A stretch of DNA of 64,000 bases from Octopus sinensis. Taxonomy: Eukaryota. Positions within the stretch are counted from its first letter, which is position 1. The number at the start of each line of letters is the position of its first letter. The stretch covers positions 1 through 64,000 of the forward strand of contig NW_021832275.1 in NCBI RefSeq assembly GCF_006345805.1, read 5' to 3'. Shown piece after piece: positions 1 to 13,714 of this stretch. The position numbers and the translations under genes are program-made. The notes under the pieces were generated by a model. That model saw only the letters and a program-made list of their open reading frames with translations. It was not told where the DNA came from and searched no databases.

Positions 1-2100
1 TGCATAACTTGTGATCGTGGCTCTCCGCGTGGCTGAGGGCATGTCTGAGAGGGCCATTATGAACAGTAGTGGTCCGAAACAGTGCCCGTGAACACCGCTC
101 ACTATTTGCGTGCTACGGAAGTGGCTCCATTGGCTGCTACCACCTGACTTCTATTCTTGAGAAAGTCATGAAGCCATTCTCCTAGTTTTCCAACTATGCC
201 AAGATCACGCAGTTTGTGACATATCATTCCATGATCGACTTTATCGAAGGCCTTTGCGAAGTCGAGATATATGACTTCCACATTTGAGTGGTTGAGCAGT
301 TGTTCAACACCCGTCATAATGCTGCAGGAGTGAGTTAAGCAGCTTCTTCCTGGTCGGAAACCATGTTGGGTGTCAGGCAGCAAGTCATTTTCTTCAAGGA
401 AGGTGATTAGTTTCCTTCTGACTATTCGTTCCATGACCTTGCTGATGTGTGAGGTCAGAGAGATAGGTCTGTAGTTCTTGGCCTCCGCTCTGCTACCTCC
501 TTTATGAATAGGGCATATTTTACCTTCCTTCAGTTTCTTGGAAGTTTGCCAGCTGCAAGGAAGCTCTGAAAGAGGAACTGCAGTGGTCTTGCTAGGACTC
601 TCTTACATACTTTATAAGGATTGCCGGGAATCCATCGGGGCCAATAGCTGAGTTGTTTTCATTTCATCTATAGCCTTTATTACATCGTCTTCCGTTATAT
701 CGATGTAATTTATCGTCGCGCCACTCTGATTCTATCTGCAGTGGTAAAGAAGTCAGTTGGATTGCTGATTTGGAAATGCCCAAGGGGTGGAGTGAAAACA
801 CTCTTGAATTGTTCATCAGTATTTCACTTACCCTCATTGGTTGTCCTGTGGAGTGTGCCATCCTTTTCAAGGAGTGGCCCTATCCTACAGTGCACCGTAG
901 CTGTTTCTTTGGCATACCTGTAGAAAGCTCTGGGGTTAGTTTTTATGTTGTCTATAGCCCAGGCTTCTTTGTCTGCTCTTTCCTTCTCATGGGAGAGTTG
1001 CAGACAATTTTTAATTTCAACAGTTTTATTTTCAGGCGGACTTTTCACTGCTTTCAATTTGTTTGTTTAGGCGATTTGAAATTTTTGTACGCCGTCTCAT
1101 TAAAATTTCCTCTCTCTGGGGATGTTGTTCTTGTGTACAGTGGCTTTTCTCTGGGACACATTGTTGCATATGGCTTGCATTACAGACATGAATTGTTGAA
1201 GTATGATGTCGATGTCCGGCGAGGAGAGACATTCAGGCCAGTTTTGTTTGAGGATCTCTTTCTCAATTTGTTTCCAGTTTGCCTTATTGAAGTTCAAGGG
1301 AAAGATCTGAGGGTTTCTTGTAGGCTGCATGTTCGTGCTCTCTTTTGGCCCGTACATGGTCAGCTCTACCATGTTGTGATCCGAGAGTAGTGTCGGTGTC
1401 ACTTTCACATTATGGATGAGATCCATATTATTTGTGAAGCATAGATCCAGTGGTTACCTGCTCTGGTTGGTTGAGTATTACTACTCCATGTACCGGGTGT
1501 TGATGAGGTTAGGAGGGACCTCGCCTGTCCTCGTTCACATCTTGTCATTCCTGGAGAGAAAGGCCTCGGGCCATCTGACATTGGGTAGATTGAAGTCTCC
1601 ATGAGAAGTACACTTATGTGTTGTTCTAATGTGACTAGAACTTCTTCTATTTTTAAAAGGCAGTCCTCAACTTGCCCATATGACTTGGGGCATCTGGAGG
1701 GCGATATGTAGCACACAAAACTACATCAAGTTGCCTTATGTGTACAATTAGTGTGTCACACACCGAGTTTGAGTATGAAAAAGGACCTGGGGTGTGAGGT
1801 CCCCACGGATGTACATAGTAACTCCTCCATGACTCCTTGGTTTCCTGTCGGTCCGTAGTACAACATACTGTGGTATGTGTAATTCCGCATCTGCTATGTC
1901 CGGTTTCAGATTCGTTTCTGTGAGTGCTATGCATAAGGCTTGATGCAGCGACAAAGTCTCTCAGGAACGGGGACTTTGTCCGTTACTGTGTGTAGTAGTC
2001 CTCTGATGTTCAGTAGGAGCATCGAGGTGAGGTGTATGCTGTGCCGGCGGTGTCCACCTGGGTCCATCTGCTGTGGCGGTCTTGTGAACTGTGGCAGTTC
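1..2100 (-). mobile_element. CR1/Jockey-group non-LTR retrotransposon; frameshifted ORF2 (APE endonuclease plus N-terminal RT), running off the window start
   Basis: APE motifs LTETNL..ADAELHIPQYVVLRTDRKPRSHGGV (1748-1954), YRPP, SDHN (1100-1426); RT motifs QHGFRPGRSCLT and YLDFAKAFDKVDH (102-434). Split across frames. Confidence 0.9.
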
Positions 2101-2368
2101 CATCTATATAATAATATATGTATATATATATAATATATATATATATAGATATAATGTATATATAGTATATATATATACATATATATATATATAGATTATA
2201 GTTATATATATATACATAGATATTTATTACATATTAATATTACATATATAATATATATATATAATATATTTACATATCATATATACATATATATGTATAC
2301 ATATGTATATATTGTATATACATATACATATATATAGATATATATAATATATATATATTATATATATA

Positions 2369-2399
<31 letters not shown>

Positions 2400-2705
2400 C
2401 AATATATATATATAGTATATATATATACATATATATACTATATATATACATATATATATATATATAGGTATATATATATACATATATATACATATATATA
2501 TACATATATGTATATATATATATAATATACTAGATATATATACATATATATGTATATATATACATATATATACTATATTACATATATATATATATATATA
2601 TATACATATATATACATATAGATACATATATTATATGTATATATATTTATATGTTATATATACATTATAAACTATATATATATAATATATATGTATATAT
2701 TATAC

Positions 2706-2736
<31 letters not shown>

Positions 2737-3426
2737 GATATATATAGATATATATATGTATATATATATGTCTATATATATGTATATATATATATGTATA
2801 TATATATGATAGTATATATGATATATATGTATATATATACGTATATATATATATATATATGTATATATGTTATATATATATAACATATATATACGTATAT
2901 ATATATATGTATATATATATACATATATATCTATACATATATATATATGTATATACATATATAGATGTTATACATATATATATATACATATATACATATA
3001 TATCTATACATATATATATGTATATATGTATATATATATATACATATAATAGAATATATATATATGTATATACATATATATATATGTATATATATATACA
3101 TATATATATATACATATATATATCTATATATGATATATATATACATATATAATATATGTATATATATATACATATATATAAATGTATATATATATACATA
3201 TATATATACATATATATATATATATACATATATATACATATATATATATATGTATATATATACATATATACAGATATATATACATATATATATATATGTA
3301 TATATATACATATATATGTATATATATACATATATATGTATATATATGTATATATATACATATATATGTATATATATGTATATATTACATATATATATAT
3401 ATGTATATATATACATATATATACAT

Positions 3427-3462
<36 letters not shown>

Positions 3463-3707
3463 CATTATATATATATATATATCTATGTATATATATACAT
3501 ATCACATTAGATAATATATATATGTATATATATGTATATATATACATATATATCATATATATATATATATATAATAATGTATATATATACATATATATAC
3601 ATATATATATATATATGTATATATATGTACTATTATACATATATATATATATATGTATAATACATATATATACATATATATATATATATAATATATGTAT
3701 ATATATG
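2101..3707. repeat. ~1.6-kb imperfect (TA)n/(TACA)n microsatellite
   Basis: Directly visible; source of the Y/I-rich spurious ORFs. Confidence 0.97.
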
Positions 3708-4315
3708 ATTGATTGATTGATTGATTCTAGTTTCAGCTTATGAGCTGTGGCCATGCTGGGGCACCGCCATTTGGTGTTGCTACTTGGTTTCACTTCATGG
3801 AGGCTTTCTAGCAACTGCTATTTGGTGCATGAGAGGGAGTTCGATGCAGCTGCCCTCATCTGCCCCTCCTGCCGTGAAGTTGGTTCATCTGGGACACCTG
3901 ACAGGAAGAGATCCAGCTTCATTTTAAAGACATCTGTATCACCCCATGCAGGTCTCTCAGGTTCTTCGGGAGGATATTGAAGAGCTGTGGGCCTCGGAAG
4001 CCCAGGCTATCACAGAATCTGTCCTACATCTTGATGGCAGGTTTGGAGTCCTAGGCACCACGCAGTGGCGCCTAGTTCTGGCATTTGCGTAACTCTCGAT
4101 GCCAAAGTTCAGGACACTTCCCTCCAGGATCTTCCAGATGTATATTATGGCATATCTTTCCCGCTACGCTCCAGAGAATATACTTTTAATCTTTTGAGTC
4201 TTTCCCAGTAGCTTACATCTGCTAGAGGCTATCTTCTTTGTGTAGCTTCGTTGGATCGCCTCAAGTTCTGTGATCAACTTGACACTGGATGGTGACCATA
4301 GCTGAGAGCAATAGT
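3708..4315 (-). mobile_element. 3' end of a CR1/Jockey-group LINE with (TCAA)n tail
   Basis: RT C-terminus [28 protein letters not shown], same family as 48721-49606; tail ATTGATTGATTG at 3708-3726. Confidence 0.88.
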
Positions 4316-4328
4316 CATTATATATACA

Positions 4329-4368
<40 letters not shown>

Positions 4369-4369
4369 C

Positions 4370-4445
<76 letters not shown>

Positions 4446-4507
4446 ATATTTATACATATATATATACATATTTATAATATATATATATATATTTATTATA
4501 TAGAAGG

Positions 4508-4558
4508 AGCTTCTACAGGACTAGAACTGTTTCATTCAAGAGAAATCTTCAGGAAGCT
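4508..4558 (-). ncRNA. Type I hammerhead ribozyme (51-nt family, copy 1)
   Basis: Minus strand: AGCTTC-CTGAAGA-TTTCTCTTGAAT-GAA-ACAG-TTCTAGTC-CTGT-A/GAAGCT. Stem I 6 bp, stem III 4 bp, GUA cleavage triplet. Confidence 0.85.
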
Positions 4559-6110
4559 AGTTAACAAGAATGGTATTGGCATTATACATTTAGGCAGGTT
4601 TAAAGGGGTGGGGGGGGGGACTTTTGGGGGTAGGCATAGCGCAAAATATCATACTTGGGGGAGTGGTCAAGGGAGTCAGTGGTAAATTAGATAAAAGAAT
4701 AAATAAAAATTAAAAAAATATATAAAAAAGAATCGAGTTTTAGGTAAATAAGGAGATTCTCACTTATACCTATACACATATGTATACATATATACACACA
4801 CATACATACATATATACATACACACACACACTCACATATACATATATATACACATACACATACATATACATATCTACACATACACATATATATATATACA
4901 TACACTCACTCACATGCATACACGTATACACACATGTATATATACACACACGACCACACATACATATACACACAGAAAAATATATATACATACACACATG
5001 CACACACAGCACACTAGTCCCTATATACACATATATACACATACATACATATATATACATACACATACATATACGTACATATATATGTATATATATATAT
5101 ATATATACATATGTGTACCTATACATACCTACACATACACACATATATATACATACAAATACAGACCCATTCCCTAATTTTAATTTTATTATCTTCATTT
5201 ATTACTTTTGTTATCTTTGACCGCTGGTCCATTTATCTGTCTACTTGAAAACAAGCACTCATTCACGCACGCACACTCATTAGCACGTACACTCACTCAT
5301 TCGTACACTACTACACATACACGCACGCACGCGTTATATTCATACATACATACATCTACATACATTCACGTATATACACATACGTACGCGTACCTACAGA
5401 TTCATGTCTACACTCTAGAAGGCTAGTCTATACATATACACCAATAAATATATATATACACACATACATATACACCTACATACAAATAATTTACATATAT
5501 ATAATATTATATATATATATTATATATATATAATATATATACATATATATCACATATATATACCAATAATACATATACACAAACACATATACACACAATA
5601 TATACCATACACATACATACATATACACACATAACATACATACGTATACATACATACATCCATACATCCATACATACATACATTTATACACATACACACA
5701 CCCATATATATATATACACACACATACATACATATACATACATACATATACAAATATACGCACACACATACATATATACACATATACACATACACGCACA
5801 TACACATGTACATGCGTACCCATACACACACACACACACACGCGCATCCATATATACACACACACACATATACATGTGTGCAAACATACATACATACTCA
5901 TACACGCACACACACTTACATATACATATATACACACACTTACACACATAATACATACACATATACATACATACATACATACATATATGCATACATACAC
6001 ACACACATATATATATACATTACATACACATACACATACATATACATATATATACACCACATATATATACACATGCACATACTTATATCTCTACATACAC
6101 GCATTACAAT

Positions 6111-6150
<40 letters not shown>

Positions 6151-6394
6151 CACACATACATATACCTATATACATGTACATTACACACACATATATATAT
6201 ACACATCTACAATTTGTATCTACACTCACATACATGCACATACACATAACTCTACTACCTACATATACATCGACATACTCGCGTACACTCATATATATAT
6301 ACACATAGATACATATACACACCACCATACATATACATATACCACATATATATATATATAAATATATACATAATACACATATACACACACATAC

Positions 6395-6427
<33 letters not shown>

Positions 6428-6979
6428 TATAACATACATATATATATACATACATATATAAATACAACATACAACAATAACATACATGTACATATAATAT
6501 ACATATACATATATATATAACACACATACATATATCAACAATTGAGGGTAAAGTTATTAGTTATTAATCAATTTCACCAAGTATTCAGTATGTAAAAGGA
6601 CCATTATTATTTTGAGTAAACAATGTCTGAGGGAAAATATTCTCTAAGTAGTGGAAGAGGCTAAAAAACTTTTTTGGCTAATTTCTAGAAAGTTCAGTAT
6701 GTGGCCAAAGTAATTTATTTTTCTAGAAATAGCAGCCAAAAAAGTTTTTTAGCCTCTTCCACTACTTAGAGAATATTTTCCCTCAGACATTGTTTACTCA
6801 AAATAATAATGGTCCTTTTACATACTGAATACTTGGTGAAGTTGATTAATAACTAATTAACTTTACCCTCAATTGTTGATATATGTATGTGTGTGTATAT
6901 ATATGTATATGTATATATATGTACATGTATGTATATGTGTATGTGTGTATTTATATATGTATGTATATATATATGTATG

Positions 6980-7023
<44 letters not shown>

Positions 7024-7863
7024 ATATATATATATGTATGTGTGTGTATATGTGTATTATGTATATATTTATATATATATATATGTGTATATGTATATGT
7101 ATGTGTGTGTGTATATGTATATATGTGTATATATATGAGTGTACGCGAGTATGTCGATGTATATGTAGGTATGTAGAGTTATGTGTATGTGCATGTATGT
7201 GAGTGTAGATACAAATTGTAGATGTGTATATATATATGTGTGTGTATATGTACATGTATATAGGTATATGTATGTATTGTATATATATATTATTATATAT
7301 ATGTATATGCGTGTGTATGTAGAGATATAAGTATGTGCATGTGTATATATATGTGTGTATATATATGTATAGGTATGTGTATGTGTATGTATGTATATAT
7401 ATATGTGTGTGTGTATGTATGCATATATGTATGTATGTATGTATATGTGTATGTATATATGTGTGTATATATGTATATGTACGTGTGTGTGCGTGTATGA
7501 GTATGTATGTATGTTTGCACACATGTATATGTGTGTGTGTGTATATATGGATGCGCGTGTGTGTGTGTGTGTGTGTGTGGGTACGCATGTACATGTGTAT
7601 GTGCGTGTATGTGTATATGTGTATGTATGTATGTGTGTGCGTATATTTGTATATGTATGTATGTATATGTATGTATGTGTGTGTATATATATATATGGGT
7701 GTGTGTATGTGTATAAATGTATGTATGTATGGATGTATGGATGTATGTATGTATGTATACGTATGTATGTGTATGTGTGTATATGTATGTATGTGTATGC
7801 GTATATATATGTGTGTATATGTGTTTGTGTATATGTATATATGTGTATATATATGTGTATATA

Positions 7864-7902
<39 letters not shown>

Positions 7903-8877
7903 TTGTATGTAGGTGTATATGTATGTGTGTATATATATATTTATTGGTGTATATGTATAGACTAGCCTTCTAAGAGTGTAGACATGAATCTGTAGGTACG
8001 CGTACGTATGTGTATATACGTGAATGTATGTAGATGTATGTATGTATGAATATAATGCGTGCGTGCGTGTATGTGTAGTAGTGTACGAATGAGTGAGTGT
8101 ACGTGCTAATGAGTGCGTGCGTGAATGAGTGCTTGTTTTCAAGTAGACAGATAAATGGACTTGCTGTCATAGCCAAGATCCTTGGGACCAGCGGTCAAAG
8201 ATAACAAAAGTAAAAAATGAAGATAATAAAATTAAATTAGGGAATGGGTCTGTATTTGTATGTATAATATGTGTGTATGTGTAGGTATGTATAGGTACAC
8301 ATATGTATCTATATATCTATATATATAATATATATGTATGTATATGTATGTGTAGTATATAATGTATGTATGTGTATATATGTGTATATAGGGACTAGTG
8401 TGCTGTGTGTGCATGTGTGTATGTGTGTATGTATATATATTTTTCTGTGTGTATATGTATGTGTGGTCGTGTGTGTATATATACATGTGTGTATACGTGT
8501 ATGCATGTGAGTGAGTGTATGTATATATATATATATGTGTGTGTGTAGATATTATATGTATGTGTATGTGTATATATATGTATATGTGTGTGTGTGTGTA
8601 TGTATGTGTGTATGTATATATGTATGTATGTGTGTGTATATATGTTACATATGTGTATAGGTATAAGTGAGAATCTCCTTATTTACCTAAAACTCTATTC
8701 TTTTTTATAATATTTTTTTATTTTTTTATTTATTCTTTTATCTAATTTACCACTGACTCCTGACCACTCCCCCAAGTATGATATTTTGCGCTATGTTTAC
8801 CCCCAAAAAGTCCCCCACCCCCACCACCCCTTTAAACCTGCCTAAATGTATAAATGCCAATACAATTCTTGTTAACT

Positions 8878-8928
8878 AGCTTCCTGAAGATTTCTCTTGA
8901 ATGAAACAGTTCTAGTCCTGTAGAAGCT
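8878..8928 (+). ncRNA. Type I hammerhead ribozyme (51-nt family, copy 2)
   Basis: Same motif on + strand: agcttc ctgaaga tttctcttgaat gaaacag ttctagtc ctgt a gaagct; predicted cut after 8922. Confidence 0.85.
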
Positions 8929-9651
8929 CCTTCTATATAATAAATTAATTTTACTCTCTATGTAGGAGTACCTTATTTACTGTGGTTAACCCCGAATCAA
9001 CCCGGGACCTACATATATATATATATATATATATAATATATATACATATATATATATACATATATATATATACATATATACATATACATATATATACATA
9101 CGTATATATACATACATATATATACATATATATATATACATATATATATACATATATATATATACACATATATATACACATATATATACACACATATATA
9201 TATATACACATATATATATATACGCACATATATATATATACACATATATATATATATACACATATAATAACATACACATATATATATATACACATATATA
9301 TATACACATATATATATATACACATATATATATATATACACATATATATATACATATATATATACACACATATATATATATATACGTATATATATATATA
9401 TACGTATATATATATATACGTATATATATATACACGTATATATATATATACGTATATATATATACGTATATATATATATACAGGTATATATATATACATG
9501 TATATATATATATATATATTAATAAAAAGAATTCCAACCTTGTCTGATTTTCACGTTTTATTTACAATCTTATAATGATATATTATAAGATAATATATTA
9601 TAATTGAATAAAATAAAATGAAATAGTAGAATGTTAAATATTCATTCTGAT

Positions 9652-9696
9652 TGAACTAGTACTTTCATGCATTGAATTCTGCAATCTTCGGGTTCA
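9652..9696 (-). ncRNA. Minimal hammerhead ribozyme in the PLE pseudo-LTR, U4C core variant
   Basis: Minus strand: TGAAC-CCGAAGA-tTGCAgaattcaaTGCAt-GAA-AGTACT-A/GTTCA. Stem I 5 bp; stem III is the palindrome AGTACT. Confidence 0.72.
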
Positions 9697-9754
9697 TGTA
9701 GTAGTGTTGACAGTCATGCTTCACAATTTTTGACTGTAGCAAGATGATTGATTC

Positions 9755-9880
9755 TGTGCTATAAATACAGCTGGGTAGGCTCCAGAGTGCTAGGTTTTGC
9801 AAACTGTATTCTGACCAATCAGTGTGTAGTATCACTCAATTACTTAAGCTGATTGGTTGGTTGAGCTGATTGGTTTAGGC
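9755..9880 (-). promoter_or_regulatory. Putative Pol II promoter in the PLE pseudo-LTR (two CCAAT boxes plus TATA-like TATTTATAG)
   Basis: Plus-strand CTGATTGG twice (~9849-9873) and CTATAAATA (~9759-9767), just upstream of the HHR on the element strand. Motif-only inference. Confidence 0.4.
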
Positions 9881-10195
9881 GTCACGCTTTGTTGGACATG
9901 TCAAGAGTCCTGTATCTTGACCCTGGCCGAAGCAGCAATTGTTGGGTTATTTTTAGAAATGTTGTAAATATCCTTTGTCAGAGATTTTTATATTTTTATA
10001 TTTCAATTGTCATCATCATCATTGTCAGCACCTTAATTATTGTTGCTAGTGGTGATGGTTATGGCAATAGAACTTTTACCCTAAATAAGATAATTTTCCT
10101 GCTATCTTCGTCTTGATCACCTTTAGTATTGTTGTTGTTGTTAGTGGTCATGGTCGTAGCAGTGGAAGTAATACCTCTAAGTATTATTATTATTA

Positions 10196-13100
10196 TTATT
10201 GCTTATTTAGCTTGGGTTCGAATTTATCAATAAAATTCTTTTCTCTGATTTTCCTCTCGATTTCACTTGGGCTGTGTAATTTGTAGAATGGAAATATTAT
10301 ATATATTTTCCGACCACATGTTGCTAGGTGGTTACTCAAAGGTATCTGACGGACCTCTGGGTCTCTAATCTGTTGCCGGTGTACACGTGAGCGTTCTAAT
10401 AGTGCGTTTCCCGTCTGACCTACATATATTTCTTCACAATTTGGGCATTTGATGCAGTAAATTAAATTTCTGCTTTTGCAGTTCATATTCGCGTTTGTGA
10501 ATATTTTCCCGGTTTTTGTGTTTATATATTGACCGGTATGTATGAATTGGCATGTGCCACATCGGCTATCATTGCATTTAGATACCGTGAATGTTTGGTC
10601 TTTGTTGCTGAGGTCAAATTTTGCCTTTGTTAGTAATGTTTTCAAGTTTTTAGGCTGTCTTTTACTAAGCACCATAGCTCGATCCGTGATTATGTCTTTT
10701 AATTCATTACTTTGGGCAATGATTGGTAGGTTTGCTTTGGCAATGTTGAAGATATTCTGGTGACATGGGTTGTGTGTCACTATGAATGGTATGACTTGTT
10801 CTTGTTTTCCTCTTCCTTGGGTTGTCCTAAGTTGTTGTATAGGTATTATAGCCCGCTGTATGCCATTTTCTATAAGTAGAGATGGGTATTTTTGTTTGAG
10901 CAAAAATTCTCTTAGTTCTATTAGGCGTTTGTTCCTGATATTTGCATCTTCTACAATAGTACAAATTCTTCTGGCTAGGCAGTATGGGATGTTACGTTTT
11001 GTATGTGGTGGATGGCACGACTTAAAATTTAGGTATTGATGTGTGTCTGTGTGTTTATAGTATATATCTGTGGTGATGGTGGTGTCTTTTTAATTACCAT
11101 TATATCCAGGAATGGTAATTTGGTACTACTCATCTCCTTTGTAAATTGGAGAGATGGGTGTAGGTTGTTCAGGAGGATATTGAACTCTTCCAGAGTATTT
11201 AGAGATTCTGTCCAGATTATGAAACAGTCGTCTAGGTATCTCTTCCATGCCTTTTCAATATACTTTCTAAACCCAGTGCCATAGTTTACCTCCACCTCTT
11301 GGTAGAGTTGTTCTTCTAAGTATCCCATTACAGAGTTGGCGTAAACGGGAGCAAACCTCGTTCCCATCGCCGTGCCTCTAATTTGGATGTAATTCTTTCC
11401 ATTGAAGAAGAATGTGTTATTTTCTAGAATAAGCTTGACTGTGTCTAATATAAAAGGCACTGTGAATCTGCTGGGAATCACTTCTCTATGTTTTTCTAAC
11501 CAGTATTTAATCGCCTTTATTCCTAAATCGTGTGGAATATTGGTGTAGAGGCTTACCACATCAAAACTTAGTAAAACTGAATTTGTTTCTGTTGTTTTGG
11601 GAAGATGGGACAGGAAGTCGATGTCATCCCTGATGAAACTTGGTATGTAAGTACATAGTGGTTTCAAAACAATGTCAATAAAATTGCTTAGACGGTGTGT
11701 AGGGCATGCTGGACCAGCTATAATAGGTCTAAGTTTTAGGTCTTTTGGATGTAATAATTTTATGTACTCACTTTCTTGTTCTTTTACTGCCTGTTGAATG
11801 TTTTTTGATTTGTGTATTTTTGGTAAGCCGTAGAAGTTGCTGGGTTTTGGTTCAAAATTGGTGATGTAGTCTTTTTCATTATCCGTAAGTGAGTTGTGGT
11901 GTGTTGAAATTAGGTTGTTGATCTTTTTCATGATGTGGTGGTCTATATTTGCGGGTATTTCACAATAGAAGGTTGTATCCTTCAGTTGTCTTCAACCAAA
12001 TCCTTATAGTATTCGGTATCCATAATAACAATTGCACCACCTTTATCTGCTTGTTTAATTATTATTGTTTGATCGTTTTGTATACGTTTACATGCAGACA
12101 TCTCTGATTTGCTAATGTTTGGCCTAACATTGGTATTGCGTCTAAGGGGAAATTTAGACAGGATATCAATGTATTGGTCAGGTAGTTATTTCTTTCTTTT
12201 TTGGGTGGGGTGAAATTTGATTTATTCCTTACTAGGGATTCATCAATCTCATTACTTTTGTTAGCGAAGAATTCTACAAGTCGTAATTTTCGACAGAATT
12301 TTTGGATATCCTCCTTTAATTCTTGGTGGTTGGCTGTTGGTGTAGGTGTGAATTTCAGTCCTTTTGACAGAAGTTGGATTTCATCATTGTCAAAATCTCT
12401 TTTTGATAAATTAATTATTTTAGGATCTATACGTTCAGTTGTTTGGGGTATGTTTCCTCTTGGATTTTTTCTTTCTCCGGTGTTTTTGTCCTGACGTAAA
12501 AAAATGGATTTTTTTCTGGTTATGATTTATATTCCTGTTGATGTTTGCTTGATGAATTTTGCGTTTTGGTTGTGGTACTTTACTTGGTTTCGTTATGTTT
12601 TCTGTCTTGTTTTTGTATTATGTATGCTACTTTTCAATTTCTTGTTAGCATTGTTTTTAGCCACCTGGAGAAATGATCTGGGTTACTTCTAGATCTAGAT
12701 CGGTTTTTTGTCCAGTTCTTGTGGGTAATCTCTGTTGAGGTCTTGAAAATGATCTCCTGTTATTTCTACTGCTAATGGTCTGTTCAAAACAATATCTATT
12801 TTGTTTGTGCTTTTTGTTCATGTTGTGTGCATTGGGGTGTTTGCATACAAAATGGGAAGAGTTCTTACCGTAGTTCGTCTTCGATTCGTGGAAAACAGGT
12901 GTTCATGTTGCCACGTGTTCTGGTGTATGTTGCGTTGGTGAGGTTGTCCACTTTTAATGCTATTTCTCGGAGCTCTGTTGTCTTTACCGTAGTTTGTAGC
13001 ATATTTGTCGAGAAATAATTGTTTCCGCTGCCAAAACTTTCTTGATCTGCTTTCTTCTTTTGAGATATCTCTGATCCATAGTTCTCGCATTTTTTCTGCT

Positions 13101-13714
13101 ATATTGCCGGTCGTTAGTTTGGATATTTCATCTCTGATTTGATCATCGATAGCTTCGTATTTGCTTTGTAGCGGGATTGTTTAGACAGGGTAATGGAGAT
13201 GTCGGTCCTGAATTTTATCAAACTAAGGTCCCATCGAAGTTTAGTTTCTTCCTCTGGTTCTCCTGCAATTTCTTTAATTAGGTACTTCCGAGGAAGTATG
13301 GGTGCCGCTAAAGATATCCATTTCGAATGTATTTCAGCATATTTTTCGCATTTATATGCCTTCCAGAAGTTTTGTTTTCTTATGTTAAGGAGTTTTTTCC
13401 ATGTCTTCTGTATCTCTTCTCTTTTTCGGTGTGCCTCTTTTTCCAGATTTCTTTCGTTTATTTCTGACATCCAAGGAGGTTGTGGTAGGCTTTCTCTTGT
13501 AGATTTTATAATTGTTGGTATCATTTCAGCTAAATTCTTAATTTCAGAGTTTTATGTGTTCATTTCCAAGTTTTCCGTCTGTAGACTGTTTTTCTATTTC
13601 CTTTAAAATAGAGGATTGTGTGTCAATCATCGTGATGAGTGTTGATAATTTCGATGAAATTTCCATTAGAATTCTTTCTGATTCTGTTAATTTTGTTTGT
13701 TGCTTTCCAGACAT
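10196..13714 (-). CDS. PLE polyprotein: N-terminal helical region, RT, Cys-rich linker, GIY-YIG endonuclease (~1170 aa, with a few frameshifts, some at homopolymers)
   Basis: ATG at 13714 (MSGKQQ); LSKGLKFTPTP, IIIKQADKGGAIVIMD, FYGLPKIHK, LRPII, FDVVSLYTNIP, GTAMG, YLDD, FLD, YLNFKSCHP, KCNDSRCGTC, LIYCIKCPNCEEIYVGQT. A 1-bp loss in an A-run near 11085 breaks the frame. Confidence 0.9.

Larger units (their letters stand above)
4491..8945. repeat. ~4.45-kb imperfect inverted repeat (arms ~4491-6691 and ~6719-8945, ~27-bp spacer)
   Basis: Unique anchors appear as reverse complements in mirror order: 4501-4770 vs 8650-8935; 5160-5430 vs 7960-8255; 6535-6691 vs 6719-6880. Confidence 0.93.

Noticed and set aside
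770-1390. Plus-strand ORFs antisense to LINE and PLE coding regions (also 13193-13606, 24731-25150, 27243-27677)
   Set aside because: Antisense shadows of retroelement ORFs with no independent motifs.
2100-9600. Many long ORFs rich in Y/I/H/T/V/C/M (also 16-17 kb, 20.8-23.2 kb, 49.5-51.4 kb)
   Set aside because: Translations of (TA)n/(CA)n tracts, which lack stops; no protein motifs.
9895-9945. Hairpin GTCAAGA/TCTTGAC plus GGCCGAAG as a second HHR in the pseudo-LTR
   Set aside because: No CUGANGA core and no GAAA on either strand.
10196-13714. Naiad-type selenoprotein PLE
   Set aside because: The endonuclease is C-terminal and its Cys residues are normal codons in an open 235-aa frame.
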